NCBI GenBank assembly: GCA_029941565.1
Contig: JAPYRN010000004.1
Location: 119,797 to 183,796 of the forward strand
Direction of reading: 5' to 3'
DNA: 64,000 nucleotides
Source: Candidatus Latescibacterota bacterium
GTDB taxonomy: Bacteria > Latescibacterota > UBA2968 > UBA8231
In this document: piece after piece, positions 20,822-31,598 of the stretch
How positions within the stretch are numbered: the first letter of the stretch is position 1
Layout: each line of letters begins with the position of its first letter
Translations under genes and position numbers: made by a program
The notes under the pieces: model-generated
What the model was told of the DNA's origin: nothing
The model's input: the letters and a program-made list of their open reading frames with translations, nothing else
Databases searched by the model: none

Positions 20822-22492
20822 CTATCCCCCCAGCAGGTAGTCGGGGACAGCCTCAGCCAGACGCGAGGCATGGATCTGGATCACCGACGCGTGCTCGGCG
20901 CGGAGTCGCTCCAGCATGGTGGACAGGCGTTGCTGCTGCCGGTGTTGACGGAGCAGGGCCTGGGCGCGGTCCCGTACGGCATCGAAGGGATCGACGCGAT
21001 CGGGTGTGTGGCCAAGAACGCGGAACACGGAAAAACCGCCCCGAACCGGTAGTGGACCGACCACAAGGCGGGCTTCCGTCGCCATCGCCACCGGCATCAG
21101 GAGTGGAAATCTTGCCTCATCCTCGGCGTGGAAGTGCAGCCGGCCACGCTGTTGTTCGGCCTGCTCCCGCAGAGATCGGACCGCCAGATCAGCAAGGCGC
21201 GCCCCCGCCTCGATCTGCTCGCGCACGCGCAAGGCCTCGGGCGCCGTGGCCAGCAACGTCTCCTCGATCCACACGGCCTGCGCATGTCGAAAAGGTTCAG
21301 GATTGTCGTCGTAATACTGGCGCACCTCATCCGGGGAGATGCTGATGGCGCGAACCGTCCGCTGTCTCAGCATCTCGAGGATCGCTTCCTGCCGGCCCTT
21401 ATCCTGTACCCGGCGGAACTCGGGACCCTGGTAGAAGCCGGCATCGCGCGCTGCCTCCTGCAGCAAGGCGGGCCGTAGCAGGTGCCGCCGTAACAAGCCG
21501 GAGACCCAACCACTGTCGGCCAATTCGGGCTTGAGTTGCAGACCACGAAGGGCATAGGCGGCACTGCGGACATCGATCTGCCGGGAACCGATCTCGTAGA
21601 GGATCTCCGAACTCGCCAACAGGGGGGAGGGATTGGCGGTACGAATCGCGGCGACGACCAATTCGAAGCCGGGTTCGTGACGTTGCACATCCATCGTTAG
21701 AGACAGTTCGGTCAGCTGCAACTGTTCCTGCTCACGGCGTTGTTGTTGTTCCAGCTGCGTCCTGATCTGTTCGCGGTATCGATCATAATCGGACGGGCGG
21801 TCCTCGACGAAGCGGACCAGTTGCCAGTCCGTGCCGATGCGCAGGGGTGATGAGGTCTGCTCCAGGGGCAATGCGCTGAACAGGGAAGGTGGAATGCCGA
21901 GACGGGCGGCGTGCTCCCGGTTCAGGAATCCGAGTCCTCCGTTCTGCTGCAGCGTGGCGCGATCCAACGAGCGGGACAGGGCGACATCGCCGAAGGGCCG
22001 GTCCTGCAACTCGGCGAGGATTATGTCGATTTCGCCGCGTGTATGGACCCGTATGCCCAATGCCAGGCGCTCGCGGTCAAAGCCTTCGGAATGGAAGGTG
22101 TTCTCGATCTCTGCCTCTGAGATCTGTGGCAGGTTCCGACGCCAATCGGCACGGTACCGGGCCACGACATACTCCTCGACAGCCTTCGTTGCGGCCTGCC
22201 GCACCACCGTAAGGGTGTCCAACCCGAGGGCTTCGCCCTCCAGCAACAGCAGGAGGCGGTCGACCAGCACCTGCAGATGGTGCAGGCGTGCCTCGTCCCC
22301 GGTCTTGTCGGGCTGCCAACGGCCGGGCAGCGCTTCAACATAGGAGCGATACTGAGAGGCCGTGATGTGGTGGGGGCCGACGCGCGCCACCACCTCATCA
22401 TCCGCCCTGTCACAGCCGGCGACGAGGACCGTCATGAGCACGACGCAGAGCAGTGCGACGCGTATGCTCCCACCTCCGAGAGGATGGTTCAC
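20822..22492 (-). CDS. Parvulin/PrsA-SurA-like foldase lipoprotein, paralog 1
   Basis: GTG overlapping upstream TGA; lipobox LVAGC; VVARVG..IT, FGDVALSRSLD..GGLGF, GPLPVRGGFSVFRV. Confidence 0.8.
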   Translation of the reverse strand: MNHPLGGGSIRVALLCVVLMTVLVAGCDRADDEVVARVGPHHITASQYRSYVEALPGRWQPDKTGDEARLHHLQVLVDRLLLLLEGEALGLDTLTVVRQAATKAVEEYVVARYRADWRRNLPQISEAEIENTFHSEGFDRERLALGIRVHTRGEIDIILAELQDRPFGDVALSRSLDRATLQQNGGLGFLNREHAARLGIPPSLFSALPLEQTSSPLRIGTDWQLVRFVEDRPSDYDRYREQIRTQLEQQQRREQEQLQLTELSLTMDVQRHEPGFELVVAAIRTANPSPLLASSEILYEIGSRQIDVRSAAYALRGLQLKPELADSGWVSGLLRRHLLRPALLQEAARDAGFYQGPEFRRVQDKGRQEAILEMLRQRTVRAISISPDEVRQYYDDNPEPFRHAQAVWIEETLLATAPEALRVREQIEAGARLADLAVRSLREQAEQQRGRLHFHAEDEARFPLLMPVAMATEARLVVGPLPVRGGFSVFRVLGHTPDRVDPFDAVRDRAQALLRQHRQQQRLSTMLERLRAEHASVIQIHASRLAEAVPDYLLGG

Positions 22493-24561
22493 CAGTGCAT
22501 CACCCAATTCTGCGTCGCGCCCGTAAAGTGATCGATCACGTACCAGATGCCAACTGTGACGAATTGACCAAGAATCAGACCCAGGAAGAAGGGGCGGGTG
22601 CTGAGGTAGAGTTGTGGTCCACCATGTTTGAAGACCATGGTCTTGATGAACCAGGCGACGAGAACGCTGAAGAACATAGTGCCGAAGACGGCGCTGATGG
22701 GGAATCCGAGGGGGTGGAAGGGCCACCAGAAGTATCGTTGACGGGCGACCATCAACAATGTCATGACGACGCCACCCATGGCCGTGTAGAGCCAGTTGAG
22801 CATGTGTGGGCCCTGCAGCGATTTCATGCGGGTGCCGGCATTGTCAAAGGCGTAGGTCGCGTCGGGACCGAAAAAATGAGGGGAGGTGTTGATGCCCCCG
22901 TATTGATAGGCCAATTCCAGGATGGCCCAGATCGAACTGCCGAGGGTGACGGCGATGGCGATCAGCATGCCCCAGAAAATCAATCGACGGCTTTTGACTA
23001 CCGTCTCTTCCACCAGCTTGAGACTGTTGGCGCAGGCAGCCATAACAAATGTCAGGATGTCGCTGGCCCAGATGTAGGTGAAAGCGAAAGCGACGACACC
23101 CGACGAACCCAGGGCTCGCGTGCCGAATCCGGCGGCGACGAAGTCGGAGGCAATCATCGGCGCGAAGACGAATGCAAGGCCACCTTCGGCGACCACCCGC
23201 GTGATGCCGATAAAGAGCACAAAGGCGAGAAACAGATAAACCGGCACGATCCAACCCGGCAATCCCGATTGCGCCAGCCAGATGCCCATGAAACTCAGGC
23301 TGCACACAAGAATGATCACGGCGGCTCGATAGGACAGAATCTCGCCGGAATCATCGACATTGGGATCCCCCGAAATCGTTTTGCGCCAGACGTCGTGCAG
23401 ATGCCGGCGCGAGGTCCACAGGCCAAAAAGCACGAGCACGATGATGGCCCCGAACCCCTGATGGACGATGATAGTGCCGGAGTACGAACTGTAGGAGCCG
23501 AGCACGGGATCGGGCTGGTCGATTCCCGTGACGTTGAAGATCCCCTGCTGCACTACGTTGAGCAGGTGGAAGATCCACAGTCCCAGGGCGATTTCGCGAC
23601 TGATGAAGTAGGAGAAGCCGACCATCTGAAAACTGAGTGCGATTTTCAGATTGACGGAGTCGCGAAATAGGGGAATCGTGAAGCCCCCCCAGCTGGCGAT
23701 CTCGGTGGCGGGGATGTAGGGGAAGTAGTAGTTGAGACCATTCATGCTCTGCACGATCGCCGGCATGGCAAAACCGAGCCACATCAACGGGTTCTTGAAG
23801 ATCGGCTTGATCAGCGACGGCCCCGAGGCGTCGTCCTGGATCATGGCCAACGGTACCTGCGCCAGGGGGAATACGAGGCGTTCATTCTGGATCCACTGTT
23901 TGCGCAGGATCACCATGATCGTGATCATCGCCAGATACAGGGCGAAGATGAAGGGAATCCAATAACACAGAGGTCGCAGCCACAGCATCCAGGGGATCCC
24001 CGTGCCCTCCGGGGCGCCCTCGAAGAAGCCCTGGACCTGCTCCACCTCGTGGTGGACGATCATCCAATCCGGGATCACGGGCAGCAGGACTTCGAGCCAC
24101 TGATTTTCCGGTGTAGCGTAATAGATCGGTGTCGTGATATGTGGCAAAAGGAAGGCGGTGAGACCGAACAGTGGGATCGATGTCGACACCGTCCACATGA
24201 CATAAACCAGTGCCAATTCGGCTGGTCGGAGCATCCACGGTCGACGCACGACGCCGATCACGACATTGAGGAAAAAGACAAGAGCGAAGAGCAGGATGAG
24301 CGCCGCGGGATTGTTGAAATAGGCGGCGATATGGGCACCCCGGATCACCATATTGGTGTAGGGTACCAGGACACCAATGGCGGCGGAGCCCACGGTGCCG
24401 ACAAGCAGCGCGGCGGGTCGAATCTTGAGGGCGGATTGTTGGATTTGGCTCAAAACTACGGATCGGCTTCCCGTCGGGCTCGAGATGGGGATGAACCGGA
24501 GCATAGTAAACTGAAGCGCTTCCTGGGTGTCCAATTTAACGCTGTCGTTGACAACCGCCAC
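22489..24561 (-). CDS. DUF6785/DUF6784-like polytopic membrane protein (putative transporter), paralog 1
   Basis: Many TM segments; YYATPENQW, LRKQWIQNERLVFPL, RVVAEGG, WWPFHPLGF, PFFLGLILG; start uncertain (24561, 24504 or 24453). Confidence 0.78.
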   Translation of the reverse strand: MAVVNDSVKLDTQEALQFTMLRFIPISSPTGSRSVVLSQIQQSALKIRPAALLVGTVGSAAIGVLVPYTNMVIRGAHIAAYFNNPAALILLFALVFFLNVVIGVVRRPWMLRPAELALVYVMWTVSTSIPLFGLTAFLLPHITTPIYYATPENQWLEVLLPVIPDWMIVHHEVEQVQGFFEGAPEGTGIPWMLWLRPLCYWIPFIFALYLAMITIMVILRKQWIQNERLVFPLAQVPLAMIQDDASGPSLIKPIFKNPLMWLGFAMPAIVQSMNGLNYYFPYIPATEIASWGGFTIPLFRDSVNLKIALSFQMVGFSYFISREIALGLWIFHLLNVVQQGIFNVTGIDQPDPVLGSYSSYSGTIIVHQGFGAIIVLVLFGLWTSRRHLHDVWRKTISGDPNVDDSGEILSYRAAVIILVCSLSFMGIWLAQSGLPGWIVPVYLFLAFVLFIGITRVVAEGGLAFVFAPMIASDFVAAGFGTRALGSSGVVAFAFTYIWASDILTFVMAACANSLKLVEETVVKSRRLIFWGMLIAIAVTLGSSIWAILELAYQYGGINTSPHFFGPDATYAFDNAGTRMKSLQGPHMLNWLYTAMGGVVMTLLMVARQRYFWWPFHPLGFPISAVFGTMFFSVLVAWFIKTMVFKHGGPQLYLSTRPFFLGLILGQFVTVGIWYVIDHFTGATQNWVMHW

Positions 24562-24605
24562 GGAGCACGTTATCGTGGGGCTGAACTCTCTTATAAGGAA
24601 CTGCC

Positions 24606-25358
24606 GTGACCCATCTCAAGGCCTTCATCTACCTCCGAGTGTTGCTGTGTGCCGCCATTCTGACGGTGTTGTTGTCGACAGGTTGCGGGTATCTCCACTA
24701 TGCGGGCCCCCTGCGACCACAGACAGAACAACCCGAAGCGATGGTGGTCGCCGATGACGGCAGTGTCACCTATGAGAAAAACCGCTTCGAGGTAAAGTTA
24801 CGGCCCCTCTCCGATGCCGAACTCAACCGGCAGTTCGCAACCGAGTCTCAGCAGGGCACAAAGTCGACGAATCCCTTCACCTATGGTGACACCGAATTCA
24901 AGGACAAGGAGCGGCAGCGTTTCATCGTCTTCGCCTTGAGTGTCAAAAACTACGCCTATCCGAAAGTTCGTATCGATCCGGGCAGAATTGTGCTTCAGGC
25001 GAGCAATGGCCGCGAGTACTGGAGTCTCACGGAACGGCAGATCGACACCTACTATCGCGTCTACGCCATCGGCTATGCCGGCAACGCCTATATCCAATAC
25101 AAAAACCGTCTCGATCTGGTGAAGCGCACTTTGTTCAGGAACGAAGACATATTCTCTGGCCAGGAGTCGGAAGGGTTTGTCGTATTCCCTGTATTACATC
25201 ACGACGTAAGTCAGATCGAAGCGATCGTACAGGATGCCGTCGTTCGTTTCGACTACCGGGACGAACCGGTGGAAACGATGGACATCGGCTACCAGTTTGA
25301 GCGCGATGTCGGCCGCCGCTACCGTGACGGCAGCGTCGAACTGACCGCACAACACTGA
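24606..25358 (+). CDS. Hypothetical lipoprotein
   Basis: AAGGA RBS then GTG; hydrophobic stretch and lipobox LSTGC; beta-rich mature part. Confidence 0.75.
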   Translation: MTHLKAFIYLRVLLCAAILTVLLSTGCGYLHYAGPLRPQTEQPEAMVVADDGSVTYEKNRFEVKLRPLSDAELNRQFATESQQGTKSTNPFTYGDTEFKDKERQRFIVFALSVKNYAYPKVRIDPGRIVLQASNGREYWSLTERQIDTYYRVYAIGYAGNAYIQYKNRLDLVKRTLFRNEDIFSGQESEGFVVFPVLHHDVSQIEAIVQDAVVRFDYRDEPVETMDIGYQFERDVGRRYRDGSVELTAQH

Positions 25359-25411
25359 TTACATCGTGGCGTAGCATCGGTGCCGCCACCTGGCTCGGCA
25401 GTTGCCTGCAG

Positions 25412-28276
25412 TTGCTGCTGACGGTGGGATGGGGTTGCGCAGACAATCCGCATCCGTCCGAACTGCAGTTCTCCGACCTGAGTACTGAGGTTGGCCTCGA
25501 CTTCACCCACGTCTCCGGAACACCCCAGCAACATCTTATCATCGAGTCAATGGGAGGGGGTGCGGCCTTTCTTGACTACGACGGGGACGACTACCTCGAT
25601 CTCTTCATCGTCAACGGCACCAGGATCGCTGACCCGCCCCCAGGGACAAGCAATCGCCTGTTCCGCAATATTCCAGCAGACGACACGCAAGGGCGAAGAT
25701 TCGACGAGGTCACAGTCGAAGCGGGTCTGCAACTGACCGGTTGGGGCATGGGAGCGGCTGCTGGTGATACCGACAACGATGGCAATGTTGATCTCTTCGT
25801 GACGTATCTGGGTCCCAACGTGCTCTATCGCAACGATGGGTTGGGTGCGTTTGATGACGTTACCGAGGAAGTCGGCGTCGGCGACCCACGTTGGGGCAGT
25901 AGCGCCGCCTTCGGCGATCTCGACGCCGATGGCGATCTCGACCTTTACGTCGCCAACTACCTACTCTTCGACCCCCAATTCCCGCCAAACGATGGCAAGC
26001 CATGCAGCGGCTGGAAAGGCCTCGATGTATTCTGCGGTCCCCACGGCCTGCAGGCGCAGGCGGATGTCCTTTACCGCAACGACGGGGTGCACGGCTTCGT
26101 CGACGTCAGCGAGGCCACGGGTGTAAGCGACCATCAGCATCCCGCTCTTGGCGTGTTATGGGCGGATCTGGATGGTGATGGTGACCAGGATCTGTATGTG
26201 GCCAACGACTCGAAGCCGAACTTGCTGTTCCGTAACGACGGCGATTGGTCTCTTACCGAAATCGCCACTTTCGCCGGCGCCGCCTACAGTGAAGATGGGC
26301 GCTCCCAGGCCGGCATGGGTGTTGCCTCCGGTGATTACGACCGGGATGGCGATCTGGATCTGTATGTGACCAACTTCTCTGATGACGTCAACACGCTGTA
26401 CCAGAACAAGGGCAATGGCACCTTCACCGACGCGACCTTCGACGCGAGTCTGGGGGGCGAGGCACGACCCTACCTTGGGTGGGGTACGGCATTGTTCGAC
26501 GCTGATAACGACGGCTGGCTGGATCTGTTCGTCGCCAACGGCCACCTCTATCCGCAGCTCATGACACACGCCTCAGGACTGCGTTACGCCCAGCACAACC
26601 TGCTCTACCGCAACATCGATGGCAGATTCGCGCTGCAGCGACAACTGTCCCGCCTGGGGGGTGAGCAGGTCAGTCGTGGAACCGCGGTCGGCGACTACGA
26701 CAACGACGGTGATCTGGATCTGCTGGTGATGAATCTGAATGCTGCCCCAACCTTTTTGCGCAACGAAGCAGGAGATCGTAACAACTGGCTCGGCCTGCAA
26801 CTGGTGGGAGGTACGAGCAACCAGGATGGGCTCGGTTCACGTGTGCAACTGTTCGCCAATGGCGAGTCCCAGATCCGCGAAGTGCAACGGAGTTACGGCT
26901 ACCAATCAGCCCACGATGGTCGCGTATTGTTTGGGCTTGGCGCCACAGAACAGGTGGACCGTGTGGAGATCCGCTGGCCGAGTGGCGCTCTGCAGATTCT
27001 GCAGAAGCCCGAGACGCGGCGGTATCTGGTCGTGCACGAGGATGGCGCTGTCGTTGACGAATACGCAGAGCCTCCGTCAAGCTCGCTGGCGCGCCCTGTA
27101 CCCGTCGCCGGGGCCATCGTCGAGTCGCTGGAAGACCATACAGCCAAGATCCCGTCTGGAACGGCTCTGGAATATTACGAAGAGGGTGTCAGGTATTACA
27201 ACCTCGGGAGGTATGAGGAGGCCCTCGCTGCCCTGCACCAGGCGCTGCTTCTGCAGCCCGAGTACGACGATGCCGGATACACGATGGGCCTGGTGCTCTA
27301 CTCAGGCTTGGGACGAGACGAGGAGGCCGCCGCGCAGTTGGAGCAGGTGGCGGCACGGGACTCACAGCGGGTAGACGTGCGGGATCTGCTCGGGGCGACG
27401 TATCTGAGTCTCAACCTGCCGGCGCCGGCCATCGATGTGTTGCTCAAGGCGACGGCACTACAACCGGACTCATGGCAAATCCACCATCGTCTGGGGACGG
27501 CGTATGCCCGCGCCGAGCGCATGGTTTTGGCACAAAAGGCATTTGGCGAGGCCAGCCGTCTCGCCCCGTACAAACCACAACCGCACCTGAATCTAGCCCG
27601 CATCTACGAAGCCACCGGTAACGTGCTGGGGGCAAAAGCAGAGCGGAGGCTGTTCGAACGCTGGGCCCCCGTGGAGGACCGTGTCTCCCACTATGAGCAG
27701 GAGATTGCGCAATATCCCGCCTCCCTCGAAGGACATAATCTTCTCGGCCAAGCCTACATGAAACAGGGCAGGTTGGCGCTGGCAGTTGCCCGCTTTCAGC
27801 GGGCGGTGGAACTGGACTCCTCTTTTGCACCCGCCTACTACGGCGTTGGCGCCGTCATGCATCTGCGCGGTGATCTGCGTCGAGCGATTCTGGCGTATGA
27901 GAAGGCGGTGCAACTGCAGCCGCACCTGGTGCTGGCACTCGCCGATCTGGGCCAGGCCTACCATCAAGTGGGACAGCTGGATGCGGCGATTGACGCATTG
28001 CACCGAGCCCTCATGCTACGCCCGGACCTGTCCATCACCTGGAGTAAGTTGGGCCAGATGTACGCGGCGTCAGATCGCTGGTCGGAGGCGATTCACGCCT
28101 ACCAGATGGCCCTGCAGCACGATTCAACACTGGTCGCTACACGCAATGCTCTCGGTGGAGCCTATGCCACCGAGGGGCAGCTGGACGCCGCGATTGAACA
28201 ATGGCGCGAGGTTCTGAGAATCGCGCCTCAGGATTCCAATGCCGCTCGCCTCATTCGTATGGCGGAGCGACAATAA
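25412..28276 (+). CDS. FG-GAP/CRTAC1-like ASPIC-UnbV protein with C-terminal TPR array
   Basis: Repeated DxDxDGxxDL(Y/F)V motifs, VLFGLG..VEIRWPSG (ASPIC/UnbV), then multiple TPRs; start may lie slightly upstream. Confidence 0.9.
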   Translation: MLLTVGWGCADNPHPSELQFSDLSTEVGLDFTHVSGTPQQHLIIESMGGGAAFLDYDGDDYLDLFIVNGTRIADPPPGTSNRLFRNIPADDTQGRRFDEVTVEAGLQLTGWGMGAAAGDTDNDGNVDLFVTYLGPNVLYRNDGLGAFDDVTEEVGVGDPRWGSSAAFGDLDADGDLDLYVANYLLFDPQFPPNDGKPCSGWKGLDVFCGPHGLQAQADVLYRNDGVHGFVDVSEATGVSDHQHPALGVLWADLDGDGDQDLYVANDSKPNLLFRNDGDWSLTEIATFAGAAYSEDGRSQAGMGVASGDYDRDGDLDLYVTNFSDDVNTLYQNKGNGTFTDATFDASLGGEARPYLGWGTALFDADNDGWLDLFVANGHLYPQLMTHASGLRYAQHNLLYRNIDGRFALQRQLSRLGGEQVSRGTAVGDYDNDGDLDLLVMNLNAAPTFLRNEAGDRNNWLGLQLVGGTSNQDGLGSRVQLFANGESQIREVQRSYGYQSAHDGRVLFGLGATEQVDRVEIRWPSGALQILQKPETRRYLVVHEDGAVVDEYAEPPSSSLARPVPVAGAIVESLEDHTAKIPSGTALEYYEEGVRYYNLGRYEEALAALHQALLLQPEYDDAGYTMGLVLYSGLGRDEEAAAQLEQVAARDSQRVDVRDLLGATYLSLNLPAPAIDVLLKATALQPDSWQIHHRLGTAYARAERMVLAQKAFGEASRLAPYKPQPHLNLARIYEATGNVLGAKAERRLFERWAPVEDRVSHYEQEIAQYPASLEGHNLLGQAYMKQGRLALAVARFQRAVELDSSFAPAYYGVGAVMHLRGDLRRAILAYEKAVQLQPHLVLALADLGQAYHQVGQLDAAIDALHRALMLRPDLSITWSKLGQMYAASDRWSEAIHAYQMALQHDSTLVATRNALGGAYATEGQLDAAIEQWREVLRIAPQDSNAARLIRMAERQ

Positions 28277-28309
28277 AAAAAGCCCCGGACGCCGAGGCGT
28301 CCGGGGCTT
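28275..28309 (-). terminator. Rho-independent terminator between convergent genes
   Basis: 14-bp arms AAGCCCCGGACGCC/GGCGTCCGGGGCTT (28280-28293, 28296-28309) with A7 at 28275-28281 (U-tract on minus strand). Confidence 0.88.
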
Positions 28310-28346
28310 GAAAGCCCTAACGATGGTCTTCTATGACCGTAACGTG

Positions 28347-29240
28347 TTACTCTACGAATCCTGCCTTGATGGCGCCCCACGTCGTGCCTTCAACCGCCGT
28401 GCCACCCTCGCCCAGATTCGGATCGAGAGGTGCCGCGACAAAGTCGGTAACGGACGTGTTCGATGATTCAGCCGTAAAGGTCCAGAAGCCCTGGTAATCG
28501 TTGGCGTTGTCGATGTCGCCCATGGCGATCGAGATATGGATCACATCGTTCTCTTCCAGATCCATGAAATCGGTGTTCTCAGGCGTGGCATTTTCCCGGG
28601 GCAGGGCCCAGATGGGAATCACCGACAACTCGTAGAAATAGGTGCTCTCGCCAAACTGCTCACCCGTGAAAGACCAGCCGAACTGCACGTACTCGGTGCC
28701 GTCCTGCAGCCATTCGAGATCGCCGATGGGCTCGAGGGACTGATAGATACCACCTACAGGAGGAACGACCCATTTGTAGAAGAAGTCGTTGATGGGAATA
28801 TCATCGACATTGCGGCTATGCTCTTCAGACGGAGTATGGTCAGGGTTTACGCCGACCTCCCAGTTGTCATCGTTCCAATGCCGTGCTGGATCCTCGCGGT
28901 CCGTGTTATGGATATTGTCGAAGATCTCGGTGGCAAAGTAGATCTTGTTCTGACTGTCGTTCCAGCCCAACCGGTGACGAACGTTGACATCGCTTGGATC
29001 GAATTCGCCCCGACCTGCCGCCTGAAACTGGGCGGGGTCGAACAACTTGTCGCTGCGTACCGTGTAGGGATTGTCCGGAACAATATTCCAGTCGCTGTGG
29101 TCGCCGTCGACCGTCGGGACCCGATCATCTGGGAACTGGACCAGGAAGAACAACTCTCCTGGTGGGTCATGGGCGGCTGCCAGCGAAGGCAGGCTTAGGA
29201 CTAGTGCTAAGACGAAAAGAACACTCCATTTACCTCTCAT
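28347..29240 (-). CDS. Secreted acidic CBM9/DOMON-like protein with C-terminal TAVExxTWGxIK motif
   Basis: Signal peptide; PTVDGDHSDW, LGWND..IYFA, DNWEV; ends GTAVEGTTWGAIKAGFVE; AGGAGG RBS. Confidence 0.8.
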   Translation of the reverse strand: MRGKWSVLFVLALVLSLPSLAAAHDPPGELFFLVQFPDDRVPTVDGDHSDWNIVPDNPYTVRSDKLFDPAQFQAAGRGEFDPSDVNVRHRLGWNDSQNKIYFATEIFDNIHNTDREDPARHWNDDNWEVGVNPDHTPSEEHSRNVDDIPINDFFYKWVVPPVGGIYQSLEPIGDLEWLQDGTEYVQFGWSFTGEQFGESTYFYELSVIPIWALPRENATPENTDFMDLEENDVIHISIAMGDIDNANDYQGFWTFTAESSNTSVTDFVAAPLDPNLGEGGTAVEGTTWGAIKAGFVE

Positions 29241-29394
29241 CTAACGTCATCCTCCTCTTCCAGTGTAAGCGCAACAACTGTAAGTACAGAAACGAAATAG
29301 GCATGCCTCTGGCCGTCATCTGATCACGATCTGCACAGACGCAACGCCACTCTACAGGATAGGTCTCCTACGTACGGTGTAAGGAGACACGGCT

Positions 29395-29425
29395 ACTATA
29401 TATTGAAACGAGTGTCGGAGGTCAA
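29395..29425 (-). promoter_or_regulatory. Candidate sigma70 promoter for the TWGxIK gene
   Basis: Minus strand TTGACC (29425-29420), 17 bp, TATATA(GT) (29402-29395); stem-loop GTCTCCT/AGGAGAC at 29363-29388 just downstream. Confidence 0.55.
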
Positions 29426-29448
29426 GCATTTTTCTGACCGTCGGGTCG

Positions 29449-31572
29449 TCAATATGCAATCGACACGGTACCGAGTTGCAACTCAGCCTCCCCGGTGCCA
29501 AGAAAGAGCCGATATATATAGGTCCCCGGAGGCACCGGTACACCATCAAGCCCCATGCCGTCCCACCGTTGCTGGCCAACGCCGCTGCGAGCCTCGATCA
29601 TTGCGCCAATTCCAACCTGTCTGCCGGCGAGATCAAAAATCTGCAGACTGACGGGTCGATCGATGGTCACCTGTAACAGCCGGTAATCGAGGATGAGTTC
29701 GTCGTTGATGCCATCACCGTTGGGGGTAAATGGATTCGAACTGACCTCGACGTCGATCAGCAGGTCACCACCTATGGGAGTTCGTACGGACAGATCGTCC
29801 CCTGAAAAACGGAATGTCGCATTGCCCGGGCTGATCTGCTGACGGATGCTGTCCGGATCATCGCTATTAAAGACCCAGCCGGTGAATTTGGTCCCATACC
29901 GCAACACGGCCGCATCAAACTGGACCTCGAGTCGTACCAGATTGTCCTCGACGCCCTCGACTTTGGGAAAGGACAGCAGCAGGCGGTCCTCGTGGATCTC
30001 TGGTGTGTAGGTGATCGGGTCGAGTTCCACGCCCTCAAGAAGCACGGAGCGAACCGTGTCGGCCCGGGTATGGGTGAGAATCTCAAGACGGTCGAAACCA
30101 GCGTTGTCCCTGTCCATGATCGGCTGCACGACATAGGTAAACGTCTCGGATTCGAAAGAGGCAACCTCGACAGGCCAGATTTCGCCGACGATCTGACTGG
30201 CAGCGGGGGTTTCGCCGATCTGTAATGACAGACTCTGCAGACTCGGCGCCCGGTCGAATGTGGACAACAGTTTGAAGGAGATCTGCAGATAGCGGCTGGG
30301 GCCTGGAGACAGTGTCGCGGTGCCATCCTTCCAGTCAGCAGCGGACAGCGTGTCGTCCTTCAGGCCCGCAGCGAAGTCGTATGGCGGCGACCAGAAACTC
30401 CAATTCTCCGAGTCATACCTGGTGGAGATGTTCGACGCCGACGACAGCAGCAGTTGGTTATATGTCTTGGCATCGACAGGCAGGACATCACCATTGAGAT
30501 TGCCGGCGAAGTAGAGGGTGGGATCGTCGGTCCGGCCGGTGCGTGTGCGTATCTCAAGGTGAGTGCCCTCAGGCTGCTCCCCTTCCCAGCGAATCTTGCC
30601 CCAATTGACGGGTTTGCCGAAATCGAGGATCTGGGTCTGGTAGAACGCCTCCTCAACGAAGCCATTCGCATACACTTCAAACTCGGCGAATTCCCACTGC
30701 CGTAGTGGAAAGGCCTTGAAGGTGAGCCATCGAATCGAACGATTAGGGAAGGATAGATCGACGACGACGTCGATGTTTTCGCTGCTGGCCTGCAACTCGT
30801 CGAGCAAGGGATCTCGATCGACGATCCAACGCAGGTTGGTCGCTGTCAACTGAGATCCCGTGCCGCCGCCGCATGGTCCGCCGCTGAAGCGTACGTCCTT
30901 GCCCCCGGTTCGCACATCGTACCAGGCGACGAAATTATCGGCGAAGCTCTCCTCGCCAAACCTTTCGGGTCGGGGTTCAGACAGACCATCGATCAACAGC
31001 TGATCATCACCCGTACCCAGGCGTGGAAAGAAACGGACGCGGTTGACGGGGACCTCGGAGCCAAAATCGAGGATGATCGTGCGCCGCCAACCGCTGCCAT
31101 TACCCGGCAATAAGTTCGGATTCTGCCGGAACAGCCGAAAAAGGGCAGTCGAGGCGTTGCCATCGAACATCTGTTTGATCGTCGGCTGCTGCTGTGGCCA
31201 ACAGATGCAGCAATCGTTGGACAACACCCGTCCCCCCGTCTGCGGCAGAGGGATGTCCTTTTCCGCGGAGGCTGGATCGGTGAGGGCAATATTGGTTTCG
31301 GGATCGAAAAACCGTGGACTCAGTGTATTGTCGGAGAAGTCGACGAGGGTATCGGTTCCCACCGTGCGCGCCGAGACGCCGACAGCAACCGTCCGCAGTA
31401 CGTTGCCGGCGCGGTCGTAGACGACGTAACTTCCAGCATCCTCCTCGGAGAGGGCTGCTTGCCAGGGGTTTCCATCTGCGCCACCGAGACGATACTCAGT
31501 CGCCGCCCATACGGATGGTGCGATACCAAGGAGTATGTAAGTGATGCAAAAACGCAATTGCCAGCGTACCAT
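29449..31572 (-). CDS. Secreted discoidin-like/FlgD-Ig protein, paralog A
   Basis: Signal peptide from ATG 31572; ILDFGSEVPVNRVRFFPR, RTRTG, NWSFWSPPY, NPFTPNGDGIND, WDG..VPPGTYIYRL, ends TVSIAY. Confidence 0.85.
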   Translation of the reverse strand: MVRWQLRFCITYILLGIAPSVWAATEYRLGGADGNPWQAALSEEDAGSYVVYDRAGNVLRTVAVGVSARTVGTDTLVDFSDNTLSPRFFDPETNIALTDPASAEKDIPLPQTGGRVLSNDCCICWPQQQPTIKQMFDGNASTALFRLFRQNPNLLPGNGSGWRRTIILDFGSEVPVNRVRFFPRLGTGDDQLLIDGLSEPRPERFGEESFADNFVAWYDVRTGGKDVRFSGGPCGGGTGSQLTATNLRWIVDRDPLLDELQASSENIDVVVDLSFPNRSIRWLTFKAFPLRQWEFAEFEVYANGFVEEAFYQTQILDFGKPVNWGKIRWEGEQPEGTHLEIRTRTGRTDDPTLYFAGNLNGDVLPVDAKTYNQLLLSSASNISTRYDSENWSFWSPPYDFAAGLKDDTLSAADWKDGTATLSPGPSRYLQISFKLLSTFDRAPSLQSLSLQIGETPAASQIVGEIWPVEVASFESETFTYVVQPIMDRDNAGFDRLEILTHTRADTVRSVLLEGVELDPITYTPEIHEDRLLLSFPKVEGVEDNLVRLEVQFDAAVLRYGTKFTGWVFNSDDPDSIRQQISPGNATFRFSGDDLSVRTPIGGDLLIDVEVSSNPFTPNGDGINDELILDYRLLQVTIDRPVSLQIFDLAGRQVGIGAMIEARSGVGQQRWDGMGLDGVPVPPGTYIYRLFLGTGEAELQLGTVSIAY

Positions 31573-31598
31573 GGTTTTCCCCCCGTAGCGGTTAGTAT

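Noticed and set aside
25412..28276. Enediyne or other secondary-metabolite cluster implied by ASPIC/UnbV
   Set aside because: No PKS, NRPS or precursor peptide recognised; the domain is widespread outside such clusters.
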